Of a stretch of DNA of 64,000 nucleotides, positions 40,100 through 50,562 are shown piece by piece (position 1 is the first letter of the stretch; every line of letters begins with the position of its first letter). The DNA is from Candidatus Thorarchaeota archaeon. Lineage in GTDB: Archaea > Asgardarchaeota > Thorarchaeia > Thorarchaeales > Thorarchaeaceae. The position numbers and the translations under genes are program-made. The stretch spans positions 173,629 through 237,628 of the forward strand of contig JAWOEX010000035.1 in assembly GCA_046482545.1 (NCBI GenBank), given 5' to 3'. The notes under the pieces are model-generated. The model was given only the letters and a program-made list of their open reading frames with translations. It searched no databases and was not told where the DNA came from.

Positions 40100-41083
40100 T
40101 CAGTATTCATTCTCTATATCAACCTGATTTAATGGCTCCTCTCCTTCGATAAATCTGAGGATGTTGTGAGCCACAAACCGAATCTGTTCCTTCATAACAT
40201 TCTCTGAATAGGCTGCACGGTGTGGAGAAAGGATCACATTATCTAACTTGTGAAACGGATGCTTTTCGGAAGGGAACTGACCGGCCGAACCCCATTCAGC
40301 AGGATAATTCCACCATACATCGAGAGCGGCACCAGCGATTTCTTCATTCTCTAGCTTGCTAAATAGTACCTCTTGCTCAATAATAGGAGCCCGAGAGACA
40401 TTTATGAGAAATGCAGATTTCTTCATGTATGAGAGAAACTCTTCGTTAACCATTCCGTGCGATTCCTTGGTAAGTGGCAATGAGAGAATGATGAAATCTG
40501 CTTGTCTGATATGATTCTCAGCATTTTCAATAGAGACAAGCTCATCCACAGAAGATGCAGAACCTGCCCCAGTCCTTGTAGCTGCTACTAGGTAGATGTT
40601 GAATGCCTTAAGGTGCCGAGCTATTTCAGAGCCTATATGGCCCAAACCTATAATCAAACATGCTTTGTTTCGGAGTTCGATGTTGGGCAAATCACTGCCC
40701 CACGCCATCTTCCAGTCCCCTTTTCGCAGTAGCCTATCGCTGCGTAGGATTCTCTTTGCCAGAGCCAGTAAGAGCATTACTGCATATTCTGCCACCTCTT
40801 CCGAATTCTGATGACAATTACAAACAATAACATCGCCCCGCTCTCTGAGAGCGTCCATATCGATTTTATCTACTCCTGCACCGAAAGCCTGAATCATCTC
40901 CAGTGATTCCACACTTCGGATGTATTTTTCAGGGACCCGTCCTGAAGCTATGATGCTTGCATCGTCCCCTTGTTCAAGCATTTGCTCAGGAGTTCTTTCA
41001 GACGTGACAACCTCTGCCCTGTCTCCAACTATCTGCCGGATTCTATCAGCAAAATCTTCGCTATATGGAACGAGAACTTTCAA
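40100..41083 (-). CDS. D-isomer-specific 2-hydroxyacid dehydrogenase
   Basis: GLGHIG, INVSR, ALDVW, SPHRAA. Confidence 0.9.
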   Translation of the reverse strand: MKVLVPYSEDFADRIRQIVGDRAEVVTSERTPEQMLEQGDDASIIASGRVPEKYIRSVESLEMIQAFGAGVDKIDMDALRERGDVIVCNCHQNSEEVAEYAVMLLLALAKRILRSDRLLRKGDWKMAWGSDLPNIELRNKACLIIGLGHIGSEIARHLKAFNIYLVAATRTGAGSASSVDELVSIENAENHIRQADFIILSLPLTKESHGMVNEEFLSYMKKSAFLINVSRAPIIEQEVLFSKLENEEIAGAALDVWWNYPAEWGSAGQFPSEKHPFHKLDNVILSPHRAAYSENVMKEQIRFVAHNILRFIEGEEPLNQVDIENEY

Positions 41084-41159
41084 CTTATGAACTCCCTCAA
41101 TTTTCAGGCTCAGCTGCAGAGGTTCTGCGGCGTGTAGTTGTTAGGAGCCCTATTATCTT

Positions 41160-42632
41160 TTAGTAAGAGCGTGCGACATAGACAACTGCATTTGCGGGTT
41201 TTCCGCATGCTACACAGATGCCTTCGGCTTCTTCTTCCACATCAATCCGCGTACCTCTGATTTCTCCGCCAGTTTGATTTTTAATCTCCTCGCCACATTG
41301 TTCACCATCCATGTCTGTGCTACAGAACGGTATTCGTGCGATCTTTCCTTTCTCGAGACCGTCGTCTATGGAATTCATATTCTCTGCATCAACAACCAAG
41401 TCCTTGAGCTCTGATTGAGCTTGCTCCAGCAAAGCTGCATCGATTTCTTCACCTAGCGTCTCTATGCTCTCTATGATTTCATCTGAATCAACAGTTTCGC
41501 GTTCCATTAGATCTCTTCTGAATAGCACTGCAGTCTCGTTCTTCACTTCGCGAGGACCTATATGAACACGGATGGGAACCCCTTTCATCTCCCAGTAGTT
41601 GTACTTCCAACCAGGTGTCGAATCCGTATCATCGAGATGAACCCGCAAGCCATTCGCTTTCAGTTTGTCTTCTATTTCCCTACAGCGCTGAAGTACCATT
41701 TCCTCCTTATCTCCCCTGAATATCGGGATGATTACTACCTGATAGGGTGCTATCTTGAACGGCAACCGAAGGCCTTGGTCATCGCCATGGATTGATATCA
41801 TTGCTCCATAAATTCGTGAAATGGCCGGACCATAGCAGGTCTGGTAAGCATAGACATATTCATTGTTCTCGTCAAGGTATTCTATCTCAAATGGCTTGGC
41901 GAAGTTATCTCCAAGATCGTGAGTTGAAGGTAACTGGATGACCTTACCATCAGGCATCAACGCATCAGCAGCATAAGTATTCACACCTCCAGGGAACTTG
42001 TCCCATTGAGTACGCTTGAACACCATTACTGGGATGCCAAAACAGTCTGTTACAACCTCTTTTGTTGTCTCCAAATCCTCTTGCACTTGCGCTTTTGCTT
42101 CTTCATGTGTTCTGAACACGTTATGACTCTCAATCCACAGGAATTCGCGTCCTCGAAGGAAAGGTCGGGTACTCTTAACTTCGGATCTGAAGACAGAACA
42201 CCTCTGGTAATGCTTCATGGGAAGATCTCGCCAGCTACGAACCCATAGGGAATACATCGGATAGATAGCTGTTTCACTGGTGGGTCTTAGTGCTAGCCTT
42301 TCTTCCAGCTTCTTTCCATCGCCATACTCTTCTATCCAGAATACTTCGGGAGTGAAACCCTCCACATGCTGAGATTCCTTTCTCAGATTTCCCTCTGGGA
42401 TAACTGTAGGAAAGAGCATAGGTGTGTGCCCTTTCTCTTGAAGCGCTTTCTCATAGAAATCGAACATGAGATTCATACTCATGACGCTCCATGGTTGAAA
42501 TGGTGTAAAACCCTTTACTCCGTATCTGATATCCGCTAATTTAGCTACTTTACATATTTCGCCAAACCAATCCGGGAAGTTTTCATCATGTGAGATATCG
42601 AATATGGCCTTGTTACTATCATCGCTATTCAT
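41160..42632 (-). CDS. proS: Proline--tRNA ligase (archaeal/eukaryotic type)
   Basis: LRPTSET, FLRGREFLW, WEMKGVP, C-terminal ARSY. Confidence 0.96.
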   Translation of the reverse strand: MNSDDSNKAIFDISHDENFPDWFGEICKVAKLADIRYGVKGFTPFQPWSVMSMNLMFDFYEKALQEKGHTPMLFPTVIPEGNLRKESQHVEGFTPEVFWIEEYGDGKKLEERLALRPTSETAIYPMYSLWVRSWRDLPMKHYQRCSVFRSEVKSTRPFLRGREFLWIESHNVFRTHEEAKAQVQEDLETTKEVVTDCFGIPVMVFKRTQWDKFPGGVNTYAADALMPDGKVIQLPSTHDLGDNFAKPFEIEYLDENNEYVYAYQTCYGPAISRIYGAMISIHGDDQGLRLPFKIAPYQVVIIPIFRGDKEEMVLQRCREIEDKLKANGLRVHLDDTDSTPGWKYNYWEMKGVPIRVHIGPREVKNETAVLFRRDLMERETVDSDEIIESIETLGEEIDAALLEQAQSELKDLVVDAENMNSIDDGLEKGKIARIPFCSTDMDGEQCGEEIKNQTGGEIRGTRIDVEEEAEGICVACGKPANAVVYVARSY

Positions 42633-42783
42633 TGGCTTACCCTTCTATAGACTGATTGAGATATAGATTCATAGCTAGGTTTGAGAAAAACACCACTAAT
42701 ATGGAACGTATTCACCTAGCATTCTACGTTCACCGTGAATTCGTCCTCTCGCCTAGTTATTTAAACTCTACCTTGCAAGATTG

Positions 42784-43314
42784 TTACTTCTTCAGAGTCA
42801 CTTCACCAATCTGACGGACCCTCTCATCCATCTTATGCTCTTCAATTATCTCAACGACCGCGTCTGGAACAAATGACTTCCATTCTGGATTCCCTTGACG
42901 CATGAGCCTCCGGATATGCTTACCGCTATACTCTGACCGATTCAGTAACTCAGTCGTACCCACTGTAATATCTGCATCTCTAAGAAGACTTCGAACAATC
43001 GGATTATGGCTATACACCTTTTCGAAATACGGGACTAGCGAACTCAGATGAGCCACCCATAGCGGATGGATGTGTATGTCTGGTACTGGTATGATGTCAA
43101 TGGTATCCATTGACAGATTTTCATCGAGTAGAGCACATCTTATTTGCATAACTCGTTCTCCACCCGAAAACGGATTGCTTGGAGTATGAGAGTACTGCGC
43201 CGAACCGATTGCAACTACCAATTCCTCATCTCGGTCGAGAATCTGGCTTATTGAATGGAGATGCCCATTGTGAATGGGTTGGAATCTACCGACAAATACG
43301 GATCTCAATCTCAT
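42784..43314 (-). CDS. nadM: Nicotinamide-nucleotide adenylyltransferase
   Basis: VGRFQPIHNGH, GSAQYSHT..NPF; real start MRLRSV. Confidence 0.92.
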   Translation of the reverse strand: MRLRSVFVGRFQPIHNGHLHSISQILDRDEELVVAIGSAQYSHTPSNPFSGGERVMQIRCALLDENLSMDTIDIIPVPDIHIHPLWVAHLSSLVPYFEKVYSHNPIVRSLLRDADITVGTTELLNRSEYSGKHIRRLMRQGNPEWKSFVPDAVVEIIEEHKMDERVRQIGEVTLKK

Positions 43315-43443
43315 CACTGATTCCGAGCTTACTATTCTGTAATTAAGCATTTGGCAAAGGATTTGATTGGACCGATCTACCGTACTTGTGAAAGCGAAAA
43401 AATTAATCCGAGAAGACCCTTGAAAAAACAAGGTTGGAATTCG

Positions 43444-44511
43444 ATGATTGAAATCGATGGCTCTTATGGCGAGGGTGGCGGTCAAATTCTTCGTACGGCA
43501 ATATCGCTCTCTGCAGTTACGATGGAACCAGTTCGGGTTGTAAACATCCGAGCAGGGCGGCCTACACCAGGCCTCAAGAATCAGCATATTGCAGGAATTG
43601 AAGTTACTGGGCGGCTGGTAAATGCAGAAATCAAGGGCTTGAGAATTGGCAGCACCACAATCGAGTTTCATCCTGTAGAAAGACGAGGGGGACGAATCAG
43701 TTATGATATTGGTACCGCGGGAGCCATATCACTTGCCCTCCAGGCCGCACTCCTTCCGGCAGTCCTTTCACCAGACCAATCATACATTGAGATAACTGGA
43801 GGTACTGATGTCCTCTGGAGTCCGCCTATCGATTACATGAAGCATGTCTTTGATTTCATGTTACAGAAAATGGGCCCAAAAATAGAGATAACCCAGCATC
43901 GAAGAGGGCACTATCCACGAGGTGGTGGAAGGGTATCTTGTGGCATAAAATCTGTAAATGAAATCCATAGTATTGATCTTGTCGAATTTGGTGAAATTCT
44001 GGAGGTAGTAGGGATTTCTCATTGTGCAAGATTACCGGCGCACGTTGCCCACCGCCAAGCAGACGCAGCAGAATCGTATCTCAGGGGAAAGGGCCTTGAA
44101 AACATCAACATTGAGAGAGAGTACTGGTCCAAGGAAGACGATCCGCATCTCGGTGCCGGTAGTGGAATCGTCATCTGGGCCGAATCCAACCGTGGTGTGA
44201 GAATCGGTGGCGATAGTCTAGGCAAGAAAGGGAAGCCGGCAGAGAAAGTCGGAAGAGAGGCGGCAATACAGCTCGTAAGTGAATTGTCGACTGGAAAGGC
44301 TGTTGATTCGCATCTTTGCGATATGCTAGTTCCCTACATGGCTGTTGCGCAAGGCAAAAGCAGTATTGGAGTCACAAAAATAACCTCTCATCTCGAGACA
44401 AATATCTGGGTTGCGGAAGAGATGCTTGGTATTGAAACCCAATTGGAGGGAGAATCCGGAAAACCTGGGAGATTAACCCTCAAAGGAACTGGTGTCACCT
44501 CTAGCAACTGA
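43444..44511 (+). CDS. rtcA: RNA 3'-terminal phosphate cyclase
   Basis: IDGSYGEGGGQILR, YPRGGG, SHLETN. Confidence 0.95.
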   Translation: MIEIDGSYGEGGGQILRTAISLSAVTMEPVRVVNIRAGRPTPGLKNQHIAGIEVTGRLVNAEIKGLRIGSTTIEFHPVERRGGRISYDIGTAGAISLALQAALLPAVLSPDQSYIEITGGTDVLWSPPIDYMKHVFDFMLQKMGPKIEITQHRRGHYPRGGGRVSCGIKSVNEIHSIDLVEFGEILEVVGISHCARLPAHVAHRQADAAESYLRGKGLENINIEREYWSKEDDPHLGAGSGIVIWAESNRGVRIGGDSLGKKGKPAEKVGREAAIQLVSELSTGKAVDSHLCDMLVPYMAVAQGKSSIGVTKITSHLETNIWVAEEMLGIETQLEGESGKPGRLTLKGTGVTSSN

Positions 44512-45549
44512 TGCTATGAGGTCCTCAATCGATTTTTCCTGCTCGGGAATATCAGCCAGCTCAACAGCATCTTCAATTAGCTCTTCTACTCCAACGCCTT
44601 CAGTGGCTATTATTTCATAGGCATCTTCCATGCGCAATCTGACTTCCTTCAGTTTGTCTTCCGGTGTGATATCTATCTTATTGAAAGCGACAAGTATGGG
44701 GCTTACGGGAAACATCCGCCTAACTTCAGAATATAGGTTGAATTGCTCGTCTATGCTCCAGCCACAGCTCTGTGATGGGTCTATGATGAATAATACAATG
44801 TGTGCCAAATACTTCAAAGCGGCAACTGCTTCTCGTTCAATCTTGTTACGTTCGCTCATGGGACGATCAAGAATTCCTGGTGTATCTACAATCTGAACTG
44901 AAGAACCACGTACACGGAGATGACCAAGAATAACTTGCTTGGTCGTAAATGGATAGTACGCAATTTCAGGTTCAGCTGAAGATACCGCTTTCACAAGAGT
45001 GGATTTGCCAACATTTGGAAAACCCGCACATACAATAGTGGGTGAATTTGGCAATATCCCCGGCAATCTCGCAAGGTCTCTCTTAGCCTCAATGATGAAA
45101 TCTAGATTCGAGGCTGTACTTCTCAGTACTGACGCTATCCTTCCCTTGGCTGCACTCCTACTCCGTTTCATCTTGCGATAGTCATTTGCAAGCTTCAATG
45201 CTTCAAGATGATTTTTGGCTATCTGATCTATGGTTGGAATGCAATTATAGACCGCACCTAGGGCTTTTTTCAACTCGTCAGTTCCGACTATAATGTCTGC
45301 CAGCTCACGATAGAACGGATGAAGTTGGTCAAGAGATGGGAAGCCCTCTACCACGGCTTTTAGCTTCGTTTTGACTTGTTTAGTGAACTCTTTAAGGCGC
45401 GCTATCTCTCTTATACGGGTTCTTTCTCTTCTCCGCATCTTCAGTGAGCCTTTCCGTGAAATCTTCATAGAACGATTATGCGCAAACTCTATGATTTCCT
45501 CAGCGGTCATTATCGACGGGATATTGTGGAAGGGGTTGAGCTTCTTCAT
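44473..45549 (-). CDS. NOG1-family GTPase
   Basis: LHPFY, GFPNVGKS, YPFTT, DTPGILDRP, NKID. Confidence 0.92.
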   Translation of the reverse strand: MKKLNPFHNIPSIMTAEEIIEFAHNRSMKISRKGSLKMRRRERTRIREIARLKEFTKQVKTKLKAVVEGFPSLDQLHPFYRELADIIVGTDELKKALGAVYNCIPTIDQIAKNHLEALKLANDYRKMKRSRSAAKGRIASVLRSTASNLDFIIEAKRDLARLPGILPNSPTIVCAGFPNVGKSTLVKAVSSAEPEIAYYPFTTKQVILGHLRVRGSSVQIVDTPGILDRPMSERNKIEREAVAALKYLAHIVLFIIDPSQSCGWSIDEQFNLYSEVRRMFPVSPILVAFNKIDITPEDKLKEVRLRMEDAYEIIATEGVGVEELIEDAVELADIPEQEKSIEDLIASVARGDTSSFEG

Positions 45550-45668
45550 GAATTTCACTCTCGCCTGCTGACTCACAGAAGGACAGTTATCTGTCCATCT
45601 GAACACTTTTAAAAAGATGGGAATTGACCATACCAGAGCTCTGTTCCCTAAATAGGAGATGATATCAA

Positions 45669-46256
45669 ATGTCGCTTCCAACCGGTGCCACAGTTGTTGG
45701 CTTAAAGTGTAAAGATGGTGCAGTAATTGCTACGGATTCCCTAATTAGCTGGGGAACCATGGTCTTGACAGATAAAGGAATCAAAACATTCAAGCTGACA
45801 GATACTATAGTGCTTGCTTCAGCAGGTCTTACCTCTGATTATCAAATGCTTGTTAACAGAATTAAGGCTCAGATACGATTGTATGAGATGGATCAGAAAA
45901 AACCGATTACGGTGAAGGCACTGGCGAAAATGATTGCAAATACATTATACCGTAGGAAACTAAGCCCCCTCTTCGTACAGACGATTGTTGTGGGAGTTGA
46001 TGATGAGCCGGCTCTCTATGCGCTTGACATGGGTGGCTCTCTCCTTGAAGAGGACTATGCTGCAACAGGAAGCGGGGTTCAGACCGCCTATGGTGTGCTT
46101 GAGAAAGAGTACAGAGAGGGCATTACCGTAAAAGAGGCTGAAGAAATTGCAGTCGATTCGGTTCGAGCTGGAATTGAGAGAGACGTGCAGTCTGGTGGCA
46201 AGGTCCACGTTATGACTGTAACAGAAGATGGCGTAGAAGAGCGCGTTGTAGAATAA
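45669..46256 (+). CDS. psmB: Proteasome beta subunit (Thr1 replaced by Ala)
   Basis: TGATVVG, ATGSG, RDVQSGG. Confidence 0.9.
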   Translation: MSLPTGATVVGLKCKDGAVIATDSLISWGTMVLTDKGIKTFKLTDTIVLASAGLTSDYQMLVNRIKAQIRLYEMDQKKPITVKALAKMIANTLYRRKLSPLFVQTIVVGVDDEPALYALDMGGSLLEEDYAATGSGVQTAYGVLEKEYREGITVKEAEEIAVDSVRAGIERDVQSGGKVHVMTVTEDGVEERVVE

Positions 46257-46267
46257 AGTGCGTGTAG

Positions 46268-47518
46268 GTGTTGTCGCCAGCTACATTGGTCTTCAGATTT
46301 CATAAGAATACTAGGTATAGCATAGCAGCCCTGTTGGGAGCAGTAGAAAACGATTCTCGACTACAGCATCTCCAATTGACAGCACCACCTGAACTTGACC
46401 TGGACTCTATTTCTAAGGTAAACAAAGATGGATTGGTAGTCATTGCCTATTCTATACTGAGTACTGACACGACGAGAGTGAGAAAAGAGGTTCAGCTAGT
46501 TAGAAAACACTTTGGCAACTCTGTTATCTTGATTGCAGGAGGTGCGCATACATCTGCAAGACCAATAGAAGTCCTGCAATATGGGTTCGATTTTGTAGTT
46601 ATTGGCGAAGGAGAGAAAGCTCTCTGCGATCTCCTTGATTGCGTGATTCACGAGAAGGAACCAAATGGCATTCCGGGGGTTGTTTCTGGCGAAATTGATA
46701 ATCCACCAGCACCGAAGAATCTTCCCACAGTAGATCTTGATGAATATCCGCCCTTTGCAGTGAAGATGAATGTAGTAGGCCCCATTGAAGTAACGCGCGG
46801 CTGTCCATATCGGTGTAAATTCTGTAGCACACCTTTCTTGAGTGGTGGGCGAGTTCGGCACAGATCGATAGAGACCATAATCAAATGGCTACAGAAGGCT
46901 GTTACTCAGCGAGGATTTAGTCGCACATGGTTTTTATCACCGAATGCACTGTGTTATGGCGGACCCGGTCGTCGGCCTGCCCCGGAAAAACTCGAGGCTC
47001 TTCTTCAAAAATCCACCGCCATTGATGGGCTTGAAGAGGTTTATTTCGGCTCCTTCCCGTCGGAGGTACGGCCTGAGTTCGTCGATTCAGATATCCTAAC
47101 GATGATGCGGAAGTACGTCGCAAGTGAAACTCTGCAAATCGGCCTACAGTCTGGCAGTAATGAAGTACTACGGATAAGCAATAGACAGCATACAGTCTCC
47201 GAAGGCATGAGCGCCATTCGGACCGCTCTTGATTGTGGTTTTGTCCCTCATGTAGACATGATTTTTGGGCTGCCTGGTGAAAGCCAAGATGATGCACGTA
47301 GAAGCCTTGAGACATGCCATACAATCGTAAATATGGGCGGAAAAATACATGCTCACGTTTTCATGCCGTTGCCGGGTAGTGAGTTTGAATACATGTCTCC
47401 AGGCAAATTGGATTCGCACATCAGAGCTGAACTGGGAGAGCTTGCCCGAAAAGGTGTGCTTACTGGCTCTTGGTATCAGCAAGAACAGATTGCACAACGC
47501 CTTGCAAGCTCAGACTAG
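46268..47518 (+). CDS. B12-binding radical SAM protein (TIGR04013-like)
   Basis: AGGAH, GEGE, RGCPYRCKFC, GSFPSEVRPE. Confidence 0.85.
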   Translation: MLSPATLVFRFHKNTRYSIAALLGAVENDSRLQHLQLTAPPELDLDSISKVNKDGLVVIAYSILSTDTTRVRKEVQLVRKHFGNSVILIAGGAHTSARPIEVLQYGFDFVVIGEGEKALCDLLDCVIHEKEPNGIPGVVSGEIDNPPAPKNLPTVDLDEYPPFAVKMNVVGPIEVTRGCPYRCKFCSTPFLSGGRVRHRSIETIIKWLQKAVTQRGFSRTWFLSPNALCYGGPGRRPAPEKLEALLQKSTAIDGLEEVYFGSFPSEVRPEFVDSDILTMMRKYVASETLQIGLQSGSNEVLRISNRQHTVSEGMSAIRTALDCGFVPHVDMIFGLPGESQDDARRSLETCHTIVNMGGKIHAHVFMPLPGSEFEYMSPGKLDSHIRAELGELARKGVLTGSWYQQEQIAQRLASSD

Positions 47519-47610
47519 TTATGTGTTCCAGAATAGCATATTGGAAATACCCGCCAAGACTATTAGTCAAGGCTGATAAGCAGGGCCTATATAGCTGAAT
47601 CGAATCAGAA

Positions 47611-48576
47611 TTGACTTCCGGAATGCCAAAGCAGCTTCGTGCAAAACTCAACCGCCAAGGTTATCATCTATTAGGCGAGAGAGGGGCTTTCAAAGCCTGC
47701 CAATGGCAACAGAAAAGCTTGCTTTATGGAGACCACTGCTATAAACAGAGATTCTATGGGATTGAGAGCCATAGGTGCCTACAAATGACTCCAGTGGTTG
47801 ACAAGTGTACTCAGAACTGTCAATTCTGCTGGCGTGTTACACCCGATGATGTAGGTGTAAATTGGGATCAAATCACGGTGGAGAAATCGGCTGTCTTAGA
47901 TGCTGCCAAGCTCCTTGACGATACACAAATGGCGAATTTGCGCTCACTTGGTGGATATAATCCTGAGGCAGGAGCTGATGTACCCCAGAAGATGTATGAT
48001 GAAGCACGCAATCCGAAGCATGTAGCAATCTCCTTGGCAGGAGAGCCAACATTGTACCCCTATCTTGGCGAATTCATAGAGGAAGTAAATCGCAGAGGCA
48101 TGACATCATTTCTAGTAACAAACGGGACGATGCCTGAAGTATTACGGAAAATCACGCCCCCAACTCAGCTCTATATCACATTGGCAGCTCCGAATGAAGA
48201 AACCTACAGACGATTATGTCATCCAAGCATTAGCGATGGCTGGCAAAGGCTGAAGCAGTCACAAGAGCTCCTGCAGTCCCTAGAATGCCGAACTGTAAAT
48301 AGGTTGACTATGGTATCTGAACGCAATATGCATCATCCACGTTCGTATGCAGACCTCATCATCAGTGGTGAGCCCGACTTTGTTGAGCTCAAAGGGTATA
48401 TGCACCTAGGCGCTTCAAGAAGGCGGTTGAGTAAGAGAAACTCTCCTTCGCACCAAGACATCGAGTCTTTCGCAGAGAAAATCGCAGCACTTACTGGTTA
48501 CTATCTAGTTGATGAACAAGTTGAAAGTAGAGTTATTCTATTATCGCGCCGCAAACAAATTAAAAAAATAGAATGA
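47611..48576 (+). CDS. taw1: 4-demethylwyosine synthase (radical SAM)
   Basis: CYKQRFYGIESHRCLQMTP, CTQNCQFCWR, SLAGEPT. Confidence 0.93.
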   Translation: MTSGMPKQLRAKLNRQGYHLLGERGAFKACQWQQKSLLYGDHCYKQRFYGIESHRCLQMTPVVDKCTQNCQFCWRVTPDDVGVNWDQITVEKSAVLDAAKLLDDTQMANLRSLGGYNPEAGADVPQKMYDEARNPKHVAISLAGEPTLYPYLGEFIEEVNRRGMTSFLVTNGTMPEVLRKITPPTQLYITLAAPNEETYRRLCHPSISDGWQRLKQSQELLQSLECRTVNRLTMVSERNMHHPRSYADLIISGEPDFVELKGYMHLGASRRRLSKRNSPSHQDIESFAEKIAALTGYYLVDEQVESRVILLSRRKQIKKIE

Positions 48577-48594
48577 GATTTGAGATGATTTGAG

Positions 48595-49230
48595 ATGAGT
48601 TTAGAGCCGATACTTGAACCGATATTGGAAGAAATTGAATCTGATGACACGATTCGCGAAAAAGCGCTCCCGCTTTCACGAAAAGCAGTTAGAACATGTA
48701 GTCAATCCATAAAGGCATCTCATAGAGGAGACTTCGAAAAAGCGGAGTCATTGCTTCAGGAAGCCCATACAATCATCGAAGAAGGGAAGCAAATAATGTC
48801 AAAGAGTGACTACATCTCAAAATCGAATATTATGAGACAGGCTCATCAAGAATTGGCTGAAGCAGCTAATGTCCTCTCTCTTCTCAAAGACGGAACCTAC
48901 ACCCCTCCCGAAAAATACAATATCGAGTTACGGAGCTACCTGACCGGGTTAGGGGACACTGTTGGTGAACTCAGGCGGGCAATTCTGGATTCGCTTCGAG
49001 AAGACGAAGTTGACTATGCTGAGAGTCTTTTGGAATTCATGGAAGAAATTCTTGAGGAATTGAATGGATTCGATTTTCCGAATGCTCTGATACCCAACCT
49101 ACGGCACAAATGTGATGTTGCAAGGTCCTTGATTGAAAAAACAAGGGGCGATATCACAAGTGCGGTGCGACAGAAGATGATTGTTGATGAACTTTCGGAT
49201 TTTAGGGAGTGGATGGGCAACGAGAAGTGA
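48595..49230 (+). CDS. Translin/TRAX (C3PO) family protein
   Basis: QELAEA, YLTGLGDTVGELRR, LRHKCD. Confidence 0.85.
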   Translation: MSLEPILEPILEEIESDDTIREKALPLSRKAVRTCSQSIKASHRGDFEKAESLLQEAHTIIEEGKQIMSKSDYISKSNIMRQAHQELAEAANVLSLLKDGTYTPPEKYNIELRSYLTGLGDTVGELRRAILDSLREDEVDYAESLLEFMEEILEELNGFDFPNALIPNLRHKCDVARSLIEKTRGDITSAVRQKMIVDELSDFREWMGNEK

Positions 49231-49882
49231 CATCATTGATCGAATGATAGAAGAGGCAGGGAAAGAACAAGAAGAGATGGCCAAACAAGTTCGAAGAGAT
49301 GACATCCCACCATTTGATGAAGAAGGGCTTGTGACTGGGGTTGACGTTTCTTATGTCGATGAAAAAGCAATTGGAGCAGCTGTAACCATAGATTTGTCCA
49401 AAAACAAAACCATAAGAAAAAGAACGTTGGTCATTCCGTGCGAATTTCCGTATGTCTCTGGTTATTTCCATCTTCGGGAAAGCCCTGTCTTGATATCATT
49501 ACTCAATGAACTTGGTGAAACTGGCCCGATTCTCATTGATGCAAATGGAATCTTACATCAGCGGTGTTGTGGTTTAGCTTCCTATGTAGGAATCAAAAGC
49601 AATAGACAGACTATAGGAGTAGCCAAGAGTCTCCTATTAGGAGACATCGGGCCCCGTCGAGGGGATATTGCATTGATAACAGATGCTGAAGAAACTGTTG
49701 GTGCTACTCTTTGGCTAGGAAAAGAGAATCCCCTTTATGTTTCCATAGGGCACAGAATAACACTTGAAACGGCAATAGAAATAGTTAACAGAGTAGCAAA
49801 GTCAGGCAGACCCGAACCTATAGTAAAAGCGGACCATGAATCTCGTAGGGTGGCTGAAGGCGTTAAGGAGACGATAATATGA
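49181..49882 (+). CDS. nfi: Endonuclease V
   Basis: GVDVSY, FPYVSG..LRE, DANGILH, GVAKS, YVSIGH, PEP..ADH. Confidence 0.9.
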   Translation: MLMNFRILGSGWATRSDIIDRMIEEAGKEQEEMAKQVRRDDIPPFDEEGLVTGVDVSYVDEKAIGAAVTIDLSKNKTIRKRTLVIPCEFPYVSGYFHLRESPVLISLLNELGETGPILIDANGILHQRCCGLASYVGIKSNRQTIGVAKSLLLGDIGPRRGDIALITDAEETVGATLWLGKENPLYVSIGHRITLETAIEIVNRVAKSGRPEPIVKADHESRRVAEGVKETII

Positions 49883-50559
49883 TTTCGCCGGACAATTGGT
49901 TCACACTCTACACATTGGCAAAAGATGGAGCCATTCACAGGAGATGCAATATTACAACAAGTGAACTGGGCGAAAGACTTGATGTAAGCCAACAAACTGC
50001 TTCGAGGAGACTGACATCCTGTGTTGAAGAGGGTCTTATTGAAAGAAGCCATACTGCTAATGGGATGCTAGTGAAGATAACTGAACGCGGAAAAAAACAA
50101 CTTATCGATATACTGAATGGGCTGGAAGTGGCGTTTGCACCACCATCTGAAGATATTATCATAAGAGGTGAGATAGTAGATGGGATTGGTGAGGGGGCAT
50201 ATTACGTTGATATGTATTCAAAACGATTCAAAGAGGCATTAGGTTTTGAACCATATTCCGGAACGTTGAACGTGAGAGTAACCGATGAGACATCACGTCA
50301 ATCGATAAAACGAATGAAACACAGTACGCCCTTGGTTGTCCCTGGATTCAGCCACAAGGAACGCACATTTGGGGATGTCATCTGCTATAGAGCAAGAATA
50401 GAAGATCGCGTTGAGGGAGCAATTGTTATTGCTCAAAGAACGCATCATAGTCCAGATATTCTTGAAGTGATTGCACCGGTGAATCTCCGAGACACACTGG
50501 GTTTAGAGGATGAAGACGAAATCAAGCTGAGAGTAGTCCCCTTGCATATGGCCACGTAA
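49879..50559 (+). CDS. ribK: wHTH + CTP-dependent riboflavin kinase
   Basis: SQQTASR HTH; GIGEGAYY, PYSGTLN, RTHH. Confidence 0.9.
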   Translation: MISPDNWFTLYTLAKDGAIHRRCNITTSELGERLDVSQQTASRRLTSCVEEGLIERSHTANGMLVKITERGKKQLIDILNGLEVAFAPPSEDIIIRGEIVDGIGEGAYYVDMYSKRFKEALGFEPYSGTLNVRVTDETSRQSIKRMKHSTPLVVPGFSHKERTFGDVICYRARIEDRVEGAIVIAQRTHHSPDILEVIAPVNLRDTLGLEDEDEIKLRVVPLHMAT

Positions 50560-50562
50560 CCC

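Noticed and set aside
43315-43671. N-terminal extensions of nadM (likewise NOG1, L44e, CBS and rtcA)
   Set aside because: Artefacts of longest-ORF calling; family motifs begin at downstream starts
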